From: an uncultured Nitrospiraceae bacterium
Lineage (GTDB): Bacteria; Nitrospirota; Thermodesulfovibrionia; Thermodesulfovibrionales; Dissulfurispiraceae
Assembly (NCBI GenBank): GCA_963727805.1
Contig: CAVSHF010000004.1
Coordinates: 32,001-96,000 of the forward strand
Direction: 5' to 3'
Length of the DNA stretch: 64,000 nt
Position 1 is the stretch's first letter; each line of letters opens with the position of its first letter. The position numbers and the translations under genes are program-made. This document shows, in pieces, positions 29,386 to 39,523 of the stretch. Under the pieces are notes generated by a model that was not told the origin of the DNA, did no database searches, and saw nothing but the letters and a program-made list of their open reading frames with translations.

Positions 29386-31209
29386 TCATTTCTCTATTTT
29401 CTTTTTTGGTGATATTGGATTCTTGACTTTGAACTCGCCCTCCAATATTTTGATGTTGAACCGCATCATTTGCAAGTCACTTTCTTTAAATGCATAAGAA
29501 TCTCTAACGTTATCATGGTAAAAGGAAGCTATTTCGTTGAGTTCATGCGGACCGGCAGTAAAGGCATACATTGTAAATAAATGCATGAGTACCGAGGGAT
29601 CGTCAATATCATGAAAACGCGAAGGGCTTAAATCGATCGAGTTAAACTGCGAGTTGTGTTCCTCATAAAAGGATTTAAGTACTATGACGGCCGCTATTTT
29701 GTCAAAATAGGCAAGCTTCCATTGAGGGGAGTGTAAAAACAATGATATGATCTTTTGTTCTTTGAGATTAATAAGAGCAGCTTTAAAACCGTACTTCGCA
29801 GTCAAGTTATCTAATGCTTCAGGCGTCAACCCTGACTTTAGCTCAAACCAATCTCTCACAACTCCGTTGACATATGGACCATAACGGGGATCAATAAAAA
29901 CTTTATATTCCGGGTAGAGGCTCCAGATCATATACCCGCCTGTCAAATAATCATTAAATAAAGGACCAGGCACCTTATGTTCTTTGATAAAAGCGATTTC
30001 TTTTTCAGGGACCGAATCCATTATATTTGTACCGAGCCATGAGAGCCTTGGGAAATAGGTTGTAAAATACATATCTGAAGCTACAAAGTAGACTAGCAGG
30101 ATAAGTGCAATCCATTTGAGCAATCGCTGTGGAACAATCAATGTTCTGATACTCCGATATAGGTAAGGCATTGAGAAAAGCCAGATGAGAGGGAAATAAT
30201 ACCTGGAACGACCTGCCATCATGCTCAAAGTAAAAAAAAGGAAATTTATGATTATTATCGTGGGATCGACCTTTTTAGTCTTTACGTAAACATAAGCATT
30301 TACGAGGACGAATATCGTAATCATAATAATCATAAACCATGCTATCTGGATAGGTCTTATTGAGAATCCGGGTGGGAAAAGCTGGATCCAGAGGCTATCA
30401 AAAGCTTGAATGTAGCCGACCGTATAATGCATATAGTCCGAAAAAAATAAGTCTTTCAACAGACCGAGATGGTAATAGATACCATAAGGATTTACGAGCA
30501 GAGCGATGTAAGATAAAATAATACTGAACCCGAAGGACTTTAAAAGATTAACGGGTAGGGGGCTCTTTCGTAAAATGGCATAATCGAGTAGTTCAAGCAT
30601 GAAAACGGAAGTAATAAATAGTATGCCAAAGATGAAGACGCCGTGAATGTTTACCCAAAGCAGAAATAGAGGAGGATAAAGATAAAACAGATGCCTTGAG
30701 GAAGTCTTGGAGTAAATAAAGATAAAAACAACCAGCGCAAAAAAGAATACTGAAAAAAGTTCAGTTTTGACAGATGCTTGATATATGGCATAAGAAACCA
30801 GGAATAAAGATAAAATATGCAGACTGTTAAAGTCATCACCGATGGTTTTCAGATAATAGAGATATAAAGAATAAATCGCCAATAGGCTTATGATTTGCAT
30901 TGAGTATAAACCTGCAAATGAAAATACAGTGAAGATAAGATACATCAGGACGTCGCCAAGCCATGATACATACTGCCAGTCGGAGACGGTTTGTGACCAA
31001 GAGAATATTGAATGATCTATAATCCACGTATGATGCTGGACAAAGTATTCACCGTACTTCAGATGCCACCATATATCATAATCATCATAAACATCGGGAT
31101 AACATATCATGACAATCATAACGAGCATCACCATGAGTAGGATACATTTTAAAATATATTTCTTATTCAGCAAGCTGGCTGTTTCCATGGGATAAAGATC
31201 TTCCTTCAT
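29386..31209 (-). CDS. Multi-TM membrane protein, putative GT-C-fold glycosyltransferase
   Basis: Acidic D.DIWWHL loop after the first TM, LW.N.HG.F, many TM helices, periplasmic 'FNDY..GGY.IW...P...VFIDPR' domain. Function is inferred. Confidence 0.55.
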   Translation of the reverse strand: MKEDLYPMETASLLNKKYILKCILLMVMLVMIVMICYPDVYDDYDIWWHLKYGEYFVQHHTWIIDHSIFSWSQTVSDWQYVSWLGDVLMYLIFTVFSFAGLYSMQIISLLAIYSLYLYYLKTIGDDFNSLHILSLFLVSYAIYQASVKTELFSVFFFALVVFIFIYSKTSSRHLFYLYPPLFLLWVNIHGVFIFGILFITSVFMLELLDYAILRKSPLPVNLLKSFGFSIILSYIALLVNPYGIYYHLGLLKDLFFSDYMHYTVGYIQAFDSLWIQLFPPGFSIRPIQIAWFMIIMITIFVLVNAYVYVKTKKVDPTIIIINFLFFTLSMMAGRSRYYFPLIWLFSMPYLYRSIRTLIVPQRLLKWIALILLVYFVASDMYFTTYFPRLSWLGTNIMDSVPEKEIAFIKEHKVPGPLFNDYLTGGYMIWSLYPEYKVFIDPRYGPYVNGVVRDWFELKSGLTPEALDNLTAKYGFKAALINLKEQKIISLFLHSPQWKLAYFDKIAAVIVLKSFYEEHNSQFNSIDLSPSRFHDIDDPSVLMHLFTMYAFTAGPHELNEIASFYHDNVRDSYAFKESDLQMMRFNIKILEGEFKVKNPISPKKKIEK

Positions 31210-31305
31210 TCGGGATCCTCATGCAGGATATTTACCAAAGACTGCGACAAAGGGTCTCCGCTCCGCGAGCTCCGAGCCGTGGATTCCATCACCGCAGGGA
31301 TCCCG

Positions 31306-31727
31306 TGTATTGCCTCAGACGGAAATGGATTTTCATGCGCATGAGTTAAGGGAGAGCAATGCTCTCCTGAGCTGTGATATCCTGACGTATTTTTACCGCT
31401 CTGAGCTGTCTGACCGCATCCAGTTTTTGATCCCGTGCTTTGAATATCTTTTTCTCCCTGTCTGTGAGTTTTTCAGCGGTAATGATTAGCCAAATGACGC
31501 TATGAAGCCGGACCGCATTGTGATGATCGTTGTAATCTGCCATAATCTTTCCGCCATCGTCAAGACACAGAAGCGTTTTCGAGCGGATGCAATCTGCCCC
31601 AATCGTTTTATGGCACCGTTCGAGCTGTTCGTGTAATTATGGATAATATTGCGAAGTCTTTGCATTCCCTGTTTGAGATAGTTCATCTCATCTAAACGAA
31701 AAGTCCATTTCAAGCTGGACTGAAACA
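31306..31727 (-). mobile_element. Internally deleted, degenerate IS3-family element (422 bp)
   Basis: TG...CA ends, imperfect IRs sharing CAG...GAAATGGA, CCCG flanking direct repeat, frameshifted integrase-core C-terminus (SNG.I.R ... HNAVRLHS ... EKL..RE..IF..RD.KL). Confidence 0.75.
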
Positions 31728-31798
31728 CCCGCAGGACGCTGCGGGGAATGCACTTGAGTCTATAGGTTTAGATTTTGAGAAGTTCGTTCGTCATTTAG

Positions 31799-31833
31799 AA
31801 ACAAGAAAGGAGGGTAAAACCCTCCTTTCTTGT
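31799..31833 (-). terminator. Intrinsic terminator downstream of pilin
   Basis: 14-bp stem ACAAGAAAGGAGGG-TAAAA-CCCTCCTTTCTTGT. Confidence 0.75.
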
Positions 31834-31857
31834 CCGAAGCTAAAAGTACGGTCAGAA

Positions 31858-32220
31858 TTAATTACAGGTGAATGACGAGTTAGTGTAAGAGCAAGTTGCC
31901 GTTCCGTTGTTAACTTTCACAGCTACTGCATTGCCAAATACAACATTGCCATTGTTATCGAGAGCCAGTGTTTGGTCAGTACCATTACAAGGAAGCTGAT
32001 CATTTACATTGCCATCGTTTGCATAGGTTGCAACAAGTTCACTCGCGCAGATGGTCAAGCCAGATACTGCGTTGGAAGCAACAGCCTTTTGCCTGTACTG
32101 TGAATACTGAGGAATTGCGATCGCTGCCAGAATGGCGATAATGGCAATGACGATTAGCAGTTCGATTAAGGTGAAACCTCTTTGGTCTTTCTTCTTCATC
32201 ATATCCAGAGTCTTAAACAT
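31858..32220 (-). CDS. pilA: Type IVa major pilin
   Basis: Class III signal QRG|FTLIELLIVIAIIAILAAIAIPQY; 105-aa mature pilin with four Cys; divergent from pilSR. Confidence 0.9.
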   Translation of the reverse strand: MFKTLDMMKKKDQRGFTLIELLIVIAIIAILAAIAIPQYSQYRQKAVASNAVSGLTICASELVATYANDGNVNDQLPCNGTDQTLALDNNGNVVFGNAVAVKVNNGTATCSYTNSSFTCN

Positions 32221-32285
32221 GTTGTGTCTCCTCGTGCTGAGATATTCTTGCCGCCGAGGGCGGCTGGTTATTTTACATTTACTAA

Positions 32286-32301
32286 TGCAAATGCCATGCC
32301 A
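32286..32301 (-). promoter_or_regulatory. Sigma-54 (-24/-12) promoter of pilA
   Basis: Minus strand TGGCATGGCATTTGCA = GG-N10-GC; the adjacent PilR is a sigma-54 activator. Confidence 0.85.
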
Positions 32302-32517
32302 CTAAATATTGAGCGAGTAATAACTGCAAATAATTCTCCCGATGCTCATTTATAGGCTAGGCTACTTAACTAAAACCATGGGGAAACAATGAGATATCTG
32401 AAAAGAGTGCCAGAGGACAATAATATCTGGCAACAAAAAAAAATGAGTTATCATTTCGACATGACGTTAATTGTCAGCGAGATTGACAAAAAACGGCAAT
32501 AAATTATTTAATTCAAT

Positions 32518-33708
32518 ATGGTGCTGTCTCCGGGCTACAGTTATTATAAGATCGGCAGGGTTGTCTTTGCCCTTGCTCTGCTCGTTTCCTTTCAGATAGC
32601 CGGGCTGTTGCACGCCCTGCCGGGCCTCTTTTATATCATCACTATCTATGGTTTCATAACCCTTGTTCGGCTTGCGATAGCACAGGAAGTTATGGGCTAT
32701 TTTGATTTCATTTTGGATATCGTATTCATTTCGGCCTTAGTGCATGTGAGCTTTGGAATATATTCATATCTCTCTCTTTTTTACCTGTTTCCGATCTTTT
32801 TTTCCTCAATTATAATCAGGGCCGGGAAAATATTTCTCTATCCCGCAATCGCTACTATTTTTTATGGAACGGTTTTTGTCCTCAATGGCGCCGCTTCATC
32901 GAGGGAAAATCTCTTGAATATTTTACTTCATGCGTTTTCTTTCTTCATAATCTCCTTGGCAGGAAATAACTTGAATAAAAAACTTGAAACTCAGGATAAA
33001 TATATAAAAAGTCTTGAAGAGGAACGGATAAAAATGCAGGGATACGAGAGGCTTTACCGGGTCAGTGCGGACCTGGCTCATGAATTGCGGAACCCTCTGG
33101 CCTCGATTTCAGCTACAGTGCAGTTTTTGAAGGAAGGCAAAAGCAGCAAGGACTTTGTAGAAATACTCGACACTGAAACAACTAGACTGACTCAGCTTGT
33201 TCAGGACTTTTTGATGTTTTCGCGACCGTCGGATGCTCCCAGGGAAGAGGTGGATCTATCCGATATGGTAAGAATCATTATCGAACGAAATAGAACTGGC
33301 AAGGCTATCTCAGCTGATATTGAGGAAGGTATCTCTATCGCTGCAAACCGGATGTTTATCGAGGCAGCGTTGACTAATATAATCAAGAATGCCAGGGAGG
33401 CTGCTCGCTCAAATGTATTTGTGACGCTTAAGAGAAAGACTGCGGATATTGCTATCGGTGCACATGATGTAGTTATCGTGGAGGTAGATGACGACGGTCA
33501 TGGTATTGATGAATCAAGCAAAGACCGTATTTTCGAGCCATTTTTTACTACTAAACAGAATGGCACCGGACTTGGACTTGCCATCGCCTACAGGGTCATA
33601 ACAAGTTTCGGTGGGTATATTGTTGCGGGAAAATCGCCTCATGGGGGCGCAAAGTTTACCATTGTCATGCCACATGTAAACAATAAAAACGAAAAAGAAG
33701 GTAGATGA
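32518..33708 (+). CDS. pilS: PilS-like sensor histidine kinase
   Basis: Multi-TM N-terminus, LAHELRNPL, N-box, DDDG.G, FEPFFTTK..GTGLGL. Confidence 0.82.
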   Translation: MVLSPGYSYYKIGRVVFALALLVSFQIAGLLHALPGLFYIITIYGFITLVRLAIAQEVMGYFDFILDIVFISALVHVSFGIYSYLSLFYLFPIFFSSIIIRAGKIFLYPAIATIFYGTVFVLNGAASSRENLLNILLHAFSFFIISLAGNNLNKKLETQDKYIKSLEEERIKMQGYERLYRVSADLAHELRNPLASISATVQFLKEGKSSKDFVEILDTETTRLTQLVQDFLMFSRPSDAPREEVDLSDMVRIIIERNRTGKAISADIEEGISIAANRMFIEAALTNIIKNAREAARSNVFVTLKRKTADIAIGAHDVVIVEVDDDGHGIDESSKDRIFEPFFTTKQNGTGLGLAIAYRVITSFGGYIVAGKSPHGGAKFTIVMPHVNNKNEKEGR

Positions 33709-33711
33709 TAC

Positions 33712-35058
33712 ATGAGGGCGTTAATAGTCGATGACGAGATCAACATCAGAAAGGTATTGAAGGTAGTCCTTGAAGAGAGCGACTTTGAGGTTCTTGAGGC
33801 GGCCAATGTCTCTGAAGGTGTTGCATTGACAAAAGACTATTTCTTTGAAGTGGCGATTGTAGACATGCGCCTGCCCGATGGATCAGGTATTGATGTGCTC
33901 AGAACGATAAAGGGTGCCAACCCCGATACGGTAGTGCTGGTCATCACCGCTTTCGCGTCCACCGAAACAGCGGTAGAGACTATGAAAGCGGGGGCTTATG
34001 ATTATGTGACAAAACCTTTCAATGTCGATGAGATTCGGATCATCCTCAAAAATATCAGTGAAAAGATCTTGCTCGAAAACAGGGTCAAAGAACTTCAGCA
34101 ATATGCCGACGAGTACCAAAACATGATCGGCAAATCCGAGGCCATGCAGAGGCTTTTCAAAGTAATCGATAAAGTAGCCCCTTTCGATTCACACATATTG
34201 ATTATCGGAGAGAGTGGTTCGGGAAAGGAACTCATTGCTAAAGCTTTACACAACAGAAGCCGGAGATTGAATAGGCGTCTTGTGGCAATAAATTGCGCAA
34301 GTCTGCCGTCGGAGCTTCTCGAAAGCGAACTCTTCGGATATTCAAAAGGGGCATTTACCGGTGCATATACGTCCAAGCGGGGACTGATTGAGGATGCCGA
34401 TGGCGGTACATTATTTTTAGATGAGATCGGGGAGATGCCGCTTTCACTCCAGTCAAAACTGCTGAGGTTTCTTGAGGACAAGAAAATCAGACCCCTGGGC
34501 AGTGGAAAGGAAACTGAAGTCGATGTCAGAGTCGTTGCTGCGACCAATAAGACTTTCAAAGAATTGATCGAAAAGGGCGAGTTCAGGGAAGACCTTTATT
34601 ACAGGCTTTCTACGTTTGAACTAATGGTACCGTCTTTAAGAGAGAGGCGTGAGGACATACCTCTCCTTGTGGATCACTTTATTAGGCTCTTTTCCAGAAA
34701 ATTCGAGAAAAATATAGTCAAGGTCGATCCCGCTTTCCTGGATTATATTATGCAGCATGAGTTAAGGGGAAATGTGAGAGAACTTAAGAATATCATTGAA
34801 CGCGAGGTAATCCTGTCCGAAGACGGCTGTATCAGGTGCACAAGCGGCCAGTATCAGGTCCGCATCGATAGCACAGCGGCGGAAATCCCTGACGAAGGCC
34901 TGGATATCAACGCGTATCTTGCAGATATCGAAAATAAGCTCTTACAACAAGCACTGAAAAAAGCCAATGGAATCAAAACAAGGGCAGCCGAACTGCTAGG
35001 ATTGACATTTAGGGAATTCAGATACAGGCTGACAAAATACAAAGATACGGGAGACTGA
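33712..35058 (+). CDS. pilR: PilR sigma-54-dependent response regulator
   Basis: Receiver domain, GESGSGKE, ESELFG..KGAFTGA, C-terminal 'GLTFREFRYRL' HTH. Confidence 0.88.
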   Translation: MRALIVDDEINIRKVLKVVLEESDFEVLEAANVSEGVALTKDYFFEVAIVDMRLPDGSGIDVLRTIKGANPDTVVLVITAFASTETAVETMKAGAYDYVTKPFNVDEIRIILKNISEKILLENRVKELQQYADEYQNMIGKSEAMQRLFKVIDKVAPFDSHILIIGESGSGKELIAKALHNRSRRLNRRLVAINCASLPSELLESELFGYSKGAFTGAYTSKRGLIEDADGGTLFLDEIGEMPLSLQSKLLRFLEDKKIRPLGSGKETEVDVRVVAATNKTFKELIEKGEFREDLYYRLSTFELMVPSLRERREDIPLLVDHFIRLFSRKFEKNIVKVDPAFLDYIMQHELRGNVRELKNIIEREVILSEDGCIRCTSGQYQVRIDSTAAEIPDEGLDINAYLADIENKLLQQALKKANGIKTRAAELLGLTFREFRYRLTKYKDTGD

Positions 35059-35081
35059 TTATAAATCTGTCTCCCGTATCT
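35043..35081. terminator. Hairpin between convergent pilR and pilC
   Basis: AGATACGGGAGAC...GTCTCCCGTATCT 13-bp inverted repeat. Confidence 0.6.
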
Positions 35082-35083
35082 CT

Positions 35084-36310
35084 TTAATGCGATCCTGAGA
35101 CGACTGCACCGAGTTTAAATATCGGCAAATAGAGAGCAACAACGATAAACCCGATAACAGTGCCGAGAAAAACCATTAAAACCGGTTCAAGTAATACGGT
35201 GAGGTTTTGGACACTATTGTCAACTTCATCGTCATAAAAATCAGCAATCTTTGCAAGCATCTGATCGAGGGAACCCGTAGCTTCCCCGACGCTTATCATT
35301 TGAACAACCATAGGAGGGAAAACATCAGATTTGGCTAACGGTTCCGAGACCGTTTTCCCGGCAGAGACGTCTCTTTTTACTTCAAATACAACCTTCTCCA
35401 CGACTTTATTGCCAGCAGATTTCGCGCATATTTCGAGACCATCAAGGATGGGTACTCCGCTGCTAATAAGCGTCCCGAGGGTACGGGAAAATCTTGCTAC
35501 CGCCACCTTCCTGATAAGCTCACCGATAATAGGTATTTTAAGAAAAAGCTTGTCAGTTGCTATCCGGCCACCTGTGGTTTTTCTATACTGTCGGAAGCCA
35601 ACTACCGATCCAACGATAACAAAAAACACAATGAGGCCGCCAATACCGCTTAGGAAATTACTAAAGTTGATGACTAACTGTGTTGGAAGCGGAAGCCCGA
35701 CGCCCATTTCTGTGAAGACCTTGGCAAAGACAGGGATAACGAAGATCATGATAATCGCGACAACGAGAACGGCGATAAACATAACGACGGAGGGATAGAT
35801 CATAGCCCCTTTGACTTTCTTCTTAAGCTTCATGGCTTTTTCTATATAGACTGCGAGCCTCTGAAGCACCGAATCCAGAACTCCACCTGTTTCGCCGGCT
35901 GCCACGAGGTTAACATATAGATCATCAAATGCTTTGGGATGCTTTTTCATAGCCTCAGCCAGAGTCGTACCTGCCTCTACGTCGCCTTTTACCCGTCCTA
36001 CAATTTCCCGTAAGTTTTTATTTTCAGTTTGCTTGGACATAATATCGAGGCCCTGAACAATCGGAATTCCAGCGTTGTACATGCTGGCAAACTGACGGGT
36101 AAAGACGATGATATCCCTCTCTTTGATCTTCTTCCCTCTGCTAAAACCTCCAAATTTGACCACAGTGGCTTGCTTTTCTGCAACGATAGTCGGGATAATG
36201 CTCTGCCTCCGGAGAGATGCAATTACATCTTCTCTGGTTTCAGCACTAATTTCTCCGTGCTGAACGGTTCCTTTAGTAGTCTTCCCTGTCCACTTAAAGG
36301 TAGTCGGCAT
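35084..36310 (-). CDS. pilC: Type IV pilus inner-membrane platform protein (T2SS F family)
   Basis: FTRQ.A.M..AG.P, AGE.GG.LD, AMIYP, GE.TG.LD.ML.KIA.FY, ALYLPIF. Start MPTT after GAAGGAG. Confidence 0.92.
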   Translation of the reverse strand: MPTTFKWTGKTTKGTVQHGEISAETREDVIASLRRQSIIPTIVAEKQATVVKFGGFSRGKKIKERDIIVFTRQFASMYNAGIPIVQGLDIMSKQTENKNLREIVGRVKGDVEAGTTLAEAMKKHPKAFDDLYVNLVAAGETGGVLDSVLQRLAVYIEKAMKLKKKVKGAMIYPSVVMFIAVLVVAIIMIFVIPVFAKVFTEMGVGLPLPTQLVINFSNFLSGIGGLIVFFVIVGSVVGFRQYRKTTGGRIATDKLFLKIPIIGELIRKVAVARFSRTLGTLISSGVPILDGLEICAKSAGNKVVEKVVFEVKRDVSAGKTVSEPLAKSDVFPPMVVQMISVGEATGSLDQMLAKIADFYDDEVDNSVQNLTVLLEPVLMVFLGTVIGFIVVALYLPIFKLGAVVSGSH

Positions 36311-36497
36311 TCGTATCTCCTTCAAATAATTCTGCTTTCAGCATAACGAAAAAACCTGCTCTATACACTTACATCTATTCCAAAGAAATGTACCATAGAT
36401 GTAACGTCCAATACAACTGTATTGCAATGATTAATTATAAGTATACCGTCTAATCGTATATGCTTGTTGTGATACCCGTCACATATTATAGTTTCAA

Positions 36498-37403
36498 TTA
36501 GACTCCGGCATGCAACTTAGCAGATTTTACAGTGTTCTTCATGAGCATTGTAATCGTCATAGGTCCAACGCCGCCGGGCACGGGTGTGATGGCCCCTGCG
36601 ATCTCCTTGGCCTTGTCAAAATCAACATCACCCCTCAGGATGGGGACCATCTTTCCGGTCTTTTCGCTCTTCTTCTCGCCGACACGATTGACGCCTACAT
36701 CGATAACGCAGGCTCCGGGTTTGATCCATTCGGGCTTTACAAGGCCGGCTACTCCCGCTGCGACGATGAGGATGTCTGCCCGTTTGCAGTGCGCTTCAAG
36801 GTTCTTCGTGCGAGTATGCACGATCGTTACGGTTGAGTTTGCTCCAGCGGCTTTTTGGACCATGATCATTGCGATCGGTTTGCCGACGATATTGGAGCGG
36901 CCCACTACGACGACCTCAGCACCGGATGTCTCATAACCGGAGCGCACGATCAGCTCCTGGATACCGGCAGGGGTGCAGGGCAGGAACTTTGCTTCTTTAC
37001 CACCTATCATCAAACGGCCGACATTGACCGGGTGGAAGCCATCTACATCTTTATCGGGATCGATAGCATTGAGAATCTTCTTATCATCCATGTGCTTGGG
37101 CAGGGGCAGCTGGACCAGGATGCCGTGCACCTTCGGGTCCTTGTTGTACTTGTCGATAATCTTGAGCAGGTCTGCTTCGGAGAGGTCCTCAGGCTGGGTG
37201 TCCTGCACTGAATAGAACCCGAGTTCGTGGGCTGTCTTCTGTTTGGCGGTAACATAGCTGACAGAAGCGGGGTTCGCGCCTACAAGAATGGTGATCAACC
37301 CCGGAACTACCCCATGTTTGGCCTTGAGTTCGTCAACTTCCTTCTTGAGTTCCTCCCTGATCTGAGCGGCGACTTCTGTTCCACTAATAATCTTGGCTGC
37401 CAT
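36498..37403 (-). CDS. folD: Methylene-THF dehydrogenase/cyclohydrolase
   Basis: GILVQLPLP, KDVDGFH, PCTP.G, GRSNIVGKP, TPVPGGVGPMT. Confidence 0.96.
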   Translation of the reverse strand: MAAKIISGTEVAAQIREELKKEVDELKAKHGVVPGLITILVGANPASVSYVTAKQKTAHELGFYSVQDTQPEDLSEADLLKIIDKYNKDPKVHGILVQLPLPKHMDDKKILNAIDPDKDVDGFHPVNVGRLMIGGKEAKFLPCTPAGIQELIVRSGYETSGAEVVVVGRSNIVGKPIAMIMVQKAAGANSTVTIVHTRTKNLEAHCKRADILIVAAGVAGLVKPEWIKPGACVIDVGVNRVGEKKSEKTGKMVPILRGDVDFDKAKEIAGAITPVPGGVGPMTITMLMKNTVKSAKLHAGV

Positions 37404-37473
37404 AATTACTCCTCCTTTGATAAAAATATTTTATTGTGAAAATACCACTAAACACACTATATCAAAAATGCCC

Positions 37474-38034
37474 TTATTCCCTTTGTTTCAACAGTTCGAG
37501 CATTTCCTCCCTGGTGCTTTGCTTGCTTCTGAAAATGCCTCTGACTGCTGAAGTGACGGTCTTCGCTCCAGGCTTTTTTATCCCTCTCATGCTGAGGCAG
37601 AGGTGCTCGGCGTCAATTACTACCATGCATCCTCTGGGTTTGAGTTTCTCCATGATAATGTCGGCCAGCTGCGTGGTCAGCCTCTCCTGGACTTGAGGCC
37701 GGCTTGCCAGGTGTTCGAGGGCTTTTGCGAGTTCACTGAGACCCGTAATTTTGCCGTCTGGAATATAGGCAATGCTGGCCTTCCCGATGAAGGGCAGCAG
37801 ATGGTGTTCACAGATGGAATAGAATGGTATCTCCTTGAGCAGCACCATCTCGTCATGGCTTTCACCAGCAATTGGCTTTAACAGGTCTTCGCTTGGTTCT
37901 TTCAGGCCTGAAAAAAGTTCAGTGTACATTTTTGCGACTCGTGCCGGGGTATCCTTGATGCCGGGACGGCTCGGGTCTTCTCCGATGCCTTCCAGGATAA
38001 GCTTCACGCCGTCTTCAATCTTCTTAAGGTTCAT
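37474..38034 (-). CDS. folE: GTP cyclohydrolase I
   Basis: [28 protein letters not shown]. Confidence 0.9.
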   Translation of the reverse strand: MNLKKIEDGVKLILEGIGEDPSRPGIKDTPARVAKMYTELFSGLKEPSEDLLKPIAGESHDEMVLLKEIPFYSICEHHLLPFIGKASIAYIPDGKITGLSELAKALEHLASRPQVQERLTTQLADIIMEKLKPRGCMVVIDAEHLCLSMRGIKKPGAKTVTSAVRGIFRSKQSTREEMLELLKQRE

Positions 38035-38692
38035 TACAAGTTATAGTCCTTTTATCAGTAATGACGATATCCATTTTTATATCGTGTGGATTGCAGGGGA
38101 GGGAAGATACTATTTGCTCTTCATAGGCGAGTCCGACGATAAGGGGTTTATGCGCCGAAGAGCCTCTTGCGCTCAGTAATTTGTCATAATAACCCTTACC
38201 GTATCCCAGCCTGTTACAGCTTTCATCGAATGCGACGCCGGGTGCTAAAACGATGTCGATGTCGACCGCCTGCAGCTCCCTTTCCCTTGCTTCAATGGGT
38301 TCTAGTATCCCCCAGCTTCCAGGGGCCAGATCAGCCCAGTTTCTGATAACATAAAGCTTAAGTGTATCGTTGATCTTGACCACGCGCGGCAGGACCGTGA
38401 TTCGGAGTCCTTCAAGGGATTCCCGGATAAGTTTTTCGGTGTTCACTTCACTGCGGAACGAGGCATAAAATAGTATTGTTCGCGCGTCTTGAAACGATTT
38501 AAGTCCGGTCAACTGTTTCTCTATTGCCCTATCTTTCACTTCTTTGATATCGGAAGGGATAGAGTCACGCCGGAAGATGATCTCTTTTCTCAGAGATTTT
38601 TTATCGAGTAATGGGGCGACGGGAATTTTGCGGCAGTTATTGGCGATGGTTTTTCCAGTTCGTTGAACAGGGGCCTCGGCCATCTCTCTCAT
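38024..38692 (-). CDS. 5-formyltetrahydrofolate cyclo-ligase
   Basis: K..LR, SEVNT, GILEP, PGVAFD...[16 protein letters not shown]. Confidence 0.92.
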   Translation of the reverse strand: MREMAEAPVQRTGKTIANNCRKIPVAPLLDKKSLRKEIIFRRDSIPSDIKEVKDRAIEKQLTGLKSFQDARTILFYASFRSEVNTEKLIRESLEGLRITVLPRVVKINDTLKLYVIRNWADLAPGSWGILEPIEARERELQAVDIDIVLAPGVAFDESCNRLGYGKGYYDKLLSARGSSAHKPLIVGLAYEEQIVSSLPCNPHDIKMDIVITDKRTITCNEP

Positions 38693-39468
38693 TTGTGCGC
38701 GAAGGCATCGAGTTGCAGTTTAATCTCCTTAACCTGTGCAACGGCTTCTGGCGAACCATGGAAAGGAGAAATCCCCTTGATGTCTGAATCCATCAGTGAC
38801 TGGTTGAATCGAAGAGCGCCCAGAAACTGTACATCTTTAATATTTCTCTTTAGGAACTCGATATCCTCATCAGTCCTGATCTTATTGGCGACGAAAAAAA
38901 CCTTCTTCACGCCGAGACCTTTAGCCATTTCCTTCACGGTATTGGCCGTCTGGATGCTCCTTTGACCCGGCTCGACAACGACGATAAATGCATCGACTGC
39001 CTCGGATGTCCCCCGTGTCATATGTTCGATCCCGGCTTCCATATCGGCGATCACGATCTCATCCCTTTCGACGACAAGGTGCTTGAGAAGTTGCTTCAGG
39101 AGGACATTTTCGGGACAATAGCATCCCGATGAAGCTGTCTTCGCTTTTCCCATCATCAGGAGGGTAATGCCGTCGATCTTGTAACCTATTTCTTCGGGGA
39201 GGTCATCAACCTTGGGATTCATTTTAAAGACGCTCCCTATAGTCCCCGGCTTTGCGCCGGTCCTTTCCTCGATCAGGTCAGCCATATCGGCGATCGGTCT
39301 TAACTTTTCTATTTCGTAAGGAGAAACACCAAGGGCCTGCGCGAGGTTCGCATCGGGATCTGCATCAACGGCAATGACCCTTTTCCCCTCTGCCGCATAG
39401 AGATGACTTAGTATTGCCGAGAGGGTTGTTTTCCCCACTCCGCCTTTGCCAGTAATAGCGATTTTCAT
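38689..39468 (-). CDS. cooC: CooC/AcsF nickel-insertion ATPase
   Basis: KIAITGKGGVGKT, DADPD.NL, GCYCPEN, DMEAGIEH..RG. Confidence 0.9.
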   Translation of the reverse strand: MKIAITGKGGVGKTTLSAILSHLYAAEGKRVIAVDADPDANLAQALGVSPYEIEKLRPIADMADLIEERTGAKPGTIGSVFKMNPKVDDLPEEIGYKIDGITLLMMGKAKTASSGCYCPENVLLKQLLKHLVVERDEIVIADMEAGIEHMTRGTSEAVDAFIVVVEPGQRSIQTANTVKEMAKGLGVKKVFFVANKIRTDEDIEFLKRNIKDVQFLGALRFNQSLMDSDIKGISPFHGSPEAVAQVKEIKLQLDAFAHK

Positions 39469-39523
39469 AAATGAAATTATAGCATAACTTTAATATTTTT
39501 TGGCGGATGTGTTATCATTTTGC

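Noticed and set aside
31858..32220. Electrically conductive (e-pili) pilin
   Set aside because: The mature pilin has only 7 aromatic residues in 105 (F1, Y24, Y27, Y51, F80, Y97, F102) and lacks Y32 and Y57, below the usual e-pilin criteria.
38692..38800. 6S RNA upstream of the 5-formyl-THF cyclo-ligase
   Set aside because: The gene overlaps the cooC stop; there is no intergenic space.
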